A stretch of 40,497 nt of DNA, taken from Planctomycetota bacterium. GTDB taxonomy: Bacteria > Planctomycetota > PLA2 > JAEUHO01. This document shows positions 37,057-40,497 of this stretch, in pieces. The position numbers and the translations under genes are program-made. The notes beneath the pieces are model-generated. The model had not been told where the DNA came from. It saw only the letters and a program-made list of their open reading frames with translations, and searched no databases. Positions within the stretch are counted from its first letter, which is position 1. Every line of letters begins with the position of its first letter. The stretch is taken from contig JBFWRP010000015.1 in the NCBI GenBank assembly GCA_050248855.1, forward strand, positions 1-40,497, read 5' to 3'.

Positions 37057-37598
37057 GCGATGCGTGGCCCACGGCCTTGCTGGTGGTGAGCGATCGTGCG
37101 TCGCGCGGCGAGCGCGCCGACGAGACCGCCGAGGCGCTACGGCCCGTGCTCGCGCGCCACGGCTTCGATCTCGTGCATGTGCGCATCGTGCCCGACGAGC
37201 GGGAGGCGATCGAGGTCGCCCTCGAGGCCTCGGCCCGTGACCACGCCGTGGTGCTCACGACCGGCGGTACCGGTGTCGCGCTCCGCGACGTCACGCCGGA
37301 GGCCACGCGCGAGGTCCTCGACGTCGAGGTCCCGGGGCTCGGCGAGACGATGCGGGCCCGCAGCCTCGCCAAGACGCCTCACGCGCTCGGCAGCCGGGCC
37401 CTCGGGGGCTTTCTCGGGGCGACCCTGGTGCTGAACCTGCCCGGGCGGCCCTCGGGGGCCATCGAGTGCTTCGAGCTCGTTGCGCCCGCGCTTTCGCACT
37501 TGATCCGGGTGCGCCGAGGGCCCGTCGCCGACGCCAGCCACGCCGCCGCCGACCAGGCTCGAGGCCAGGTCACGCCCCCGCCGGGTGCCGCCGGGTAG
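37053..37598 (+). CDS. mogA: Molybdopterin adenylyltransferase (MogA/MoaB family)
   Basis: VSDRASRGERAD, IVPDE, TTGGTG..RDVTPEA, PGLGE, NLPG; ATGA overlap with eboE. Confidence 0.9.
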   Translation: MSDAWPTALLVVSDRASRGERADETAEALRPVLARHGFDLVHVRIVPDEREAIEVALEASARDHAVVLTTGGTGVALRDVTPEATREVLDVEVPGLGETMRARSLAKTPHALGSRALGGFLGATLVLNLPGRPSGAIECFELVAPALSHLIRVRRGPVADASHAAADQARGQVTPPPGAAG

Positions 37599-37650
37599 AT
37601 TCCCGGGACGAGCCCGGCGGCCGGCTGCCGTCTCCCGGGGGAGGTCTCCC

Positions 37651-39546
37651 ATGCCGACCGTCCGTTCCGTCCGCCGCCTGGCACCGTTTGGCTTGGCGGC
37701 CTTCGTCCTTGGCTTCCTGGGCTGCCTCGGCCTCGCCGCCTGTGGCGTAGGGGGCACGACCGAGCCCGTGGCCTTCGAGCTGACCGGCGTCGGGCCCGGT
37801 GGGGGCGTCGTGGAAGGCGGCGAGGTGCGGGTCAACATCCCCGCCGGCGCGCTCGCCGAGGAGACGCTCGTCTCCATCCTGCCGCAGGCGCTGCCGTTCC
37901 CCATCCAGCCGCTCGCCAACGACCCGTGCACGTACGAGTTCCTCGGGCCGATCTGGTGCGTCGGACCGGTCGGCACGGAGCTCACGATCCACGGCGTCAT
38001 CCGCCTGCGGTACGACCCGTCGCTCATCCCCGCGGGCATCGACCCCGCCGACTTGGTCCTCCTGGTCTGGGACGAGGGGCTCGGGGCCATGGTGCCGACC
38101 ACGCTCGACGTGGTGCACGACGCGGGCTTGGCCACCTTCACGTTCGACGACTACGCCGAGCTCGGCCACGTGGCCGTGGGCATCCGCACGTGCCTCGGGC
38201 CGCTGCCCAACCCGGGCTGGGTGATTCCGCTGCGCGTGGTCCCGGCCGCGACGGCGCAAGTCCTCACGACCGGCGGCATCTACGTCGGTGACGCGGACCA
38301 GCCGGCGGTGCCGCCGACGCAGATCCTCGCCACGGACGGCGCGCTCCCGGAGTTCACGATGCCGAGCCTGGACGGGCAGACCGTCCTGTTCGGGCAGTAC
38401 CAGCCGAGCGAGGACTTCTACCTGTTCACCGTGCCGACGGCGGGCGCGCCGTCCGCGACACCGCTGCCCAGCTTGGACGAAGCCGTGAACGGCCAGCAGG
38501 ACCTGGTGGGCTGGTGGTTGGGCACGGGCGGCTCGACCGACGTGTTCTTCAGCGAGTACGTCTTCTTCGGCGAGAAGCCGGGCGCAGGCGGCGGCACGGC
38601 CGTCGTCGGCGGGGATCGCGACGGCCAGATCCTCAGCACGACGCACCGCGATGGGGCAAGCGCGGTCGCCCCCATCCACCAGGGCTACTCGATCTGGTAC
38701 CTCGACGACCTGCGCCAGGCCGAGGACGGCGAGCACGTCCTGCTCGTCTGGGGGGAGTACGACGAGGTCTTCCGGCAGATCGTGGAAGTGATCGAGCCCG
38801 ACGGCACGCTCGTGTCGTCCGACCTCGTGCCCTACGGCGGCGGCCTGTTCTCGCCGCGCTTCGTGCCCACGGAGGACGCCATCACGCGGGTGGCGGACGA
38901 TCAGCGCAGCGTGCTGCGCTGCGACTACGTCGGCGGCAACGAAGTCCCGCTGTTGACCCTCCCCGCCAACGACACGCGCTTGATCCAGGACTTCGTGATC
39001 GACCCGACCGGTACGCAGTTCCTGGCCTTGGTCCGCGTGCCGAGCGGCAATGTCGGCGACTTCGACGAGATCTGGTTCGGCACGTACAGCGGCGACGTGG
39101 CGTCCGTGCTCGAGATCGAGCAGGTGCCCGTGACCTCGTTCTTCTTCGACGACCTGGTGTGGCATCCCAACGCGACGAATGCCTACCTGGGCATGCAGTT
39201 CGACGGCACGCTGCCGATGACGCTGTCGGCCAACGCGACCGCCGGCCTGCGCATCACGTTCCACGACGTGATCCCGACCCCGACGTTGGGCCACCTCGAC
39301 GTGAACCGCATCGACGGGCGCATCCTGGTCACGGTGGTCGGCGGGCGACAGACGTTTGCCGTCGACCCGAAGCCCGGCACCCCGGGCGGCACGGCCATGT
39401 TCGACCAGATCGGCGTCTGGGTCGCCGATCCCGACGGCGCCAACGCCGTGCTGCTCGCCCAGCCGCAAGGCACCGCCACGGATCTTCCTGCGCGCTGGCT
39501 GGCCAGCTGGCGCCGGGCGCCGGGCACGTACTCCGGGGTTCGGTAG
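37651..39546 (+). CDS. Large lipoprotein: ZU5-like N-terminal domain plus TolB-like beta-propeller
   Basis: Lipobox LAAC; VGPGGGVVEGGEVRVNIPAGAL..VSI; repeats PSLDGQTVLF, IDPTGTQFL, WVADPDGAN; GGAGG RBS. Confidence 0.7.
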   Translation: MPTVRSVRRLAPFGLAAFVLGFLGCLGLAACGVGGTTEPVAFELTGVGPGGGVVEGGEVRVNIPAGALAEETLVSILPQALPFPIQPLANDPCTYEFLGPIWCVGPVGTELTIHGVIRLRYDPSLIPAGIDPADLVLLVWDEGLGAMVPTTLDVVHDAGLATFTFDDYAELGHVAVGIRTCLGPLPNPGWVIPLRVVPAATAQVLTTGGIYVGDADQPAVPPTQILATDGALPEFTMPSLDGQTVLFGQYQPSEDFYLFTVPTAGAPSATPLPSLDEAVNGQQDLVGWWLGTGGSTDVFFSEYVFFGEKPGAGGGTAVVGGDRDGQILSTTHRDGASAVAPIHQGYSIWYLDDLRQAEDGEHVLLVWGEYDEVFRQIVEVIEPDGTLVSSDLVPYGGGLFSPRFVPTEDAITRVADDQRSVLRCDYVGGNEVPLLTLPANDTRLIQDFVIDPTGTQFLALVRVPSGNVGDFDEIWFGTYSGDVASVLEIEQVPVTSFFFDDLVWHPNATNAYLGMQFDGTLPMTLSANATAGLRITFHDVIPTPTLGHLDVNRIDGRILVTVVGGRQTFAVDPKPGTPGGTAMFDQIGVWVADPDGANAVLLAQPQGTATDLPARWLASWRRAPGTYSGVR

Positions 39547-39602
39547 GCACCCGAACAGGCCGCGGAGGCGCGGCAGCGTGCCGGTAGGCTTCTGCGCCGC
39601 CC

Positions 39603-40406
39603 ATGTCAGACCGCACGCTTGCCATCTTGCTCTCGATCGCCTTGATCTCGCTGATCAGCGTGGTCGGGGCGGCCCTGCTGCTGCGCGGCGGGCGCGTGCA
39701 TCGCCACCTGTCGTTCCTGGTGGCCTTGGCGGCGGGTGCGCTGATCGGTGACGTGTTCCTGCACCTGCTGCCGCATGCCGTGGCGGAAGACGGGGCGTTC
39801 TCGGCGCAGATCGGGTGGGGGATCCTGGGCGGGCTCCTGGGCTTCTTCCTGATCGAGAGCTTGCTGCACTGGCACCACCACGGCGAGGACGTCCACGATC
39901 ACGGACCCGGGGGCCTCCACAGCTTCGGCTGGATGAACCTCATCGGGGACGCCCTGCACAACCTGATCGACGGCATGTTGATCGCCGGCGCGTGGCTGGC
40001 CAGTCCCGAGGCGGGCTTGGCCACCAGCGTGGCCGTCCTGCTCCACGAAGTGCCGCAGGAGTTCGGCGACTTCGGGGTGCTGCTGCACGCGGGCTTCCGG
40101 CCGTCGCGCGCGTTGTGGTGGAACCTCGGCTCGGCGGCCTTCGCCTTCGTGGGCGCGGGCATCGTGCTGGCCTTTGGAACGAACGAAGACGTCCGGGCGC
40201 TGCTCGTGCCCATCGCCGCCGGCGGGTTCCTCTACATCGCCTGCAGCGACCTCGTACCCGAGATGCGTCGTCGCGCGCGCGGCAAGGGCTTGATCGCGGT
40301 GCTGGTGGCCCTGGCCCTGGGGCTTGGCTGCATGGCGGCCCTGGACCACGTCGAGGTGCTGCTCGGCGACAACGGCCACGCCCACGGGCATCCCCATCCG
40401 CACTAG
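39603..40406 (+). CDS. ZIP-family divalent metal (Zn) transporter
   Basis: AAGALIGDVFLHLLP, HWHHH loop, NLIGDALHNLIDG, LHEVPQEFGDF. Confidence 0.93.
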   Translation: MSDRTLAILLSIALISLISVVGAALLLRGGRVHRHLSFLVALAAGALIGDVFLHLLPHAVAEDGAFSAQIGWGILGGLLGFFLIESLLHWHHHGEDVHDHGPGGLHSFGWMNLIGDALHNLIDGMLIAGAWLASPEAGLATSVAVLLHEVPQEFGDFGVLLHAGFRPSRALWWNLGSAAFAFVGAGIVLAFGTNEDVRALLVPIAAGGFLYIACSDLVPEMRRRARGKGLIAVLVALALGLGCMAALDHVEVLLGDNGHAHGHPHPH

Positions 40407-40427
40407 GCGTCGACGGACGGAGGCACA

Positions 40428-40452
40428 GTACGGAGTCGGGTGAGATTCCTAC
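40428..40452. repeat. REP-like palindrome, degenerate copy
   Basis: GTACGGAGTCGGGTGAGATTCCTAC equals the reverse complement of 34798-34823 with one substitution and one deletion. Confidence 0.7.
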
Positions 40453-40497
40453 CTCGGGCCGCGTCGTCCTCCCGCATGCGAGAGCGTGTCCCGGCCC

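Overview
Very GC-rich bacterial chromosomal segment, most plausibly Planctomycetota (inferred from a secreted prenyltransferase/squalene-oxidase-repeat protein, a bL37-like peptide and DUF4388/PEGA/PQQ membrane proteins). The left edge carries the probable left end of an IS1182-like element, followed by hutI-hutU and an extended His-rich CzcCBA-type heavy-metal RND efflux operon. Next come three GT4 glycosyltransferases, icd, an orphan IscU/SufU-like gene and an FHA-TM gene. The centre holds a five-gene minus-strand operon: a DUF4388-TPR-TM-PEGA-PQQ membrane protein, a TPR-roadblock protein, a roadblock protein, a tail-anchored MglA GTPase and MglB. The right half holds a 32-aa bL37-like ribosomal peptide missed by the ORF track, an RluA-family pseudouridine synthase, tRNA-Val(TAC), a site-2 protease, an MGDG-synthase-like GT, a STAND-like ATPase-TPR with a degenerate Walker A, a DUF3187-like protein, eboE-mogA, a ZU5-like lipoprotein and a ZIP transporter. 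The best candidate for an undescribed system is the MglA/MglB operon, which looks like a trans-envelope, receptor-coupled small-GTPase module with a repeated sigma28-like promoter motif. Also noted are REP/MITE-like palindromes, two bidirectional leaderless promoters and a candidate structured RNA. All family assignments are by motif recognition only; no database searches were run.
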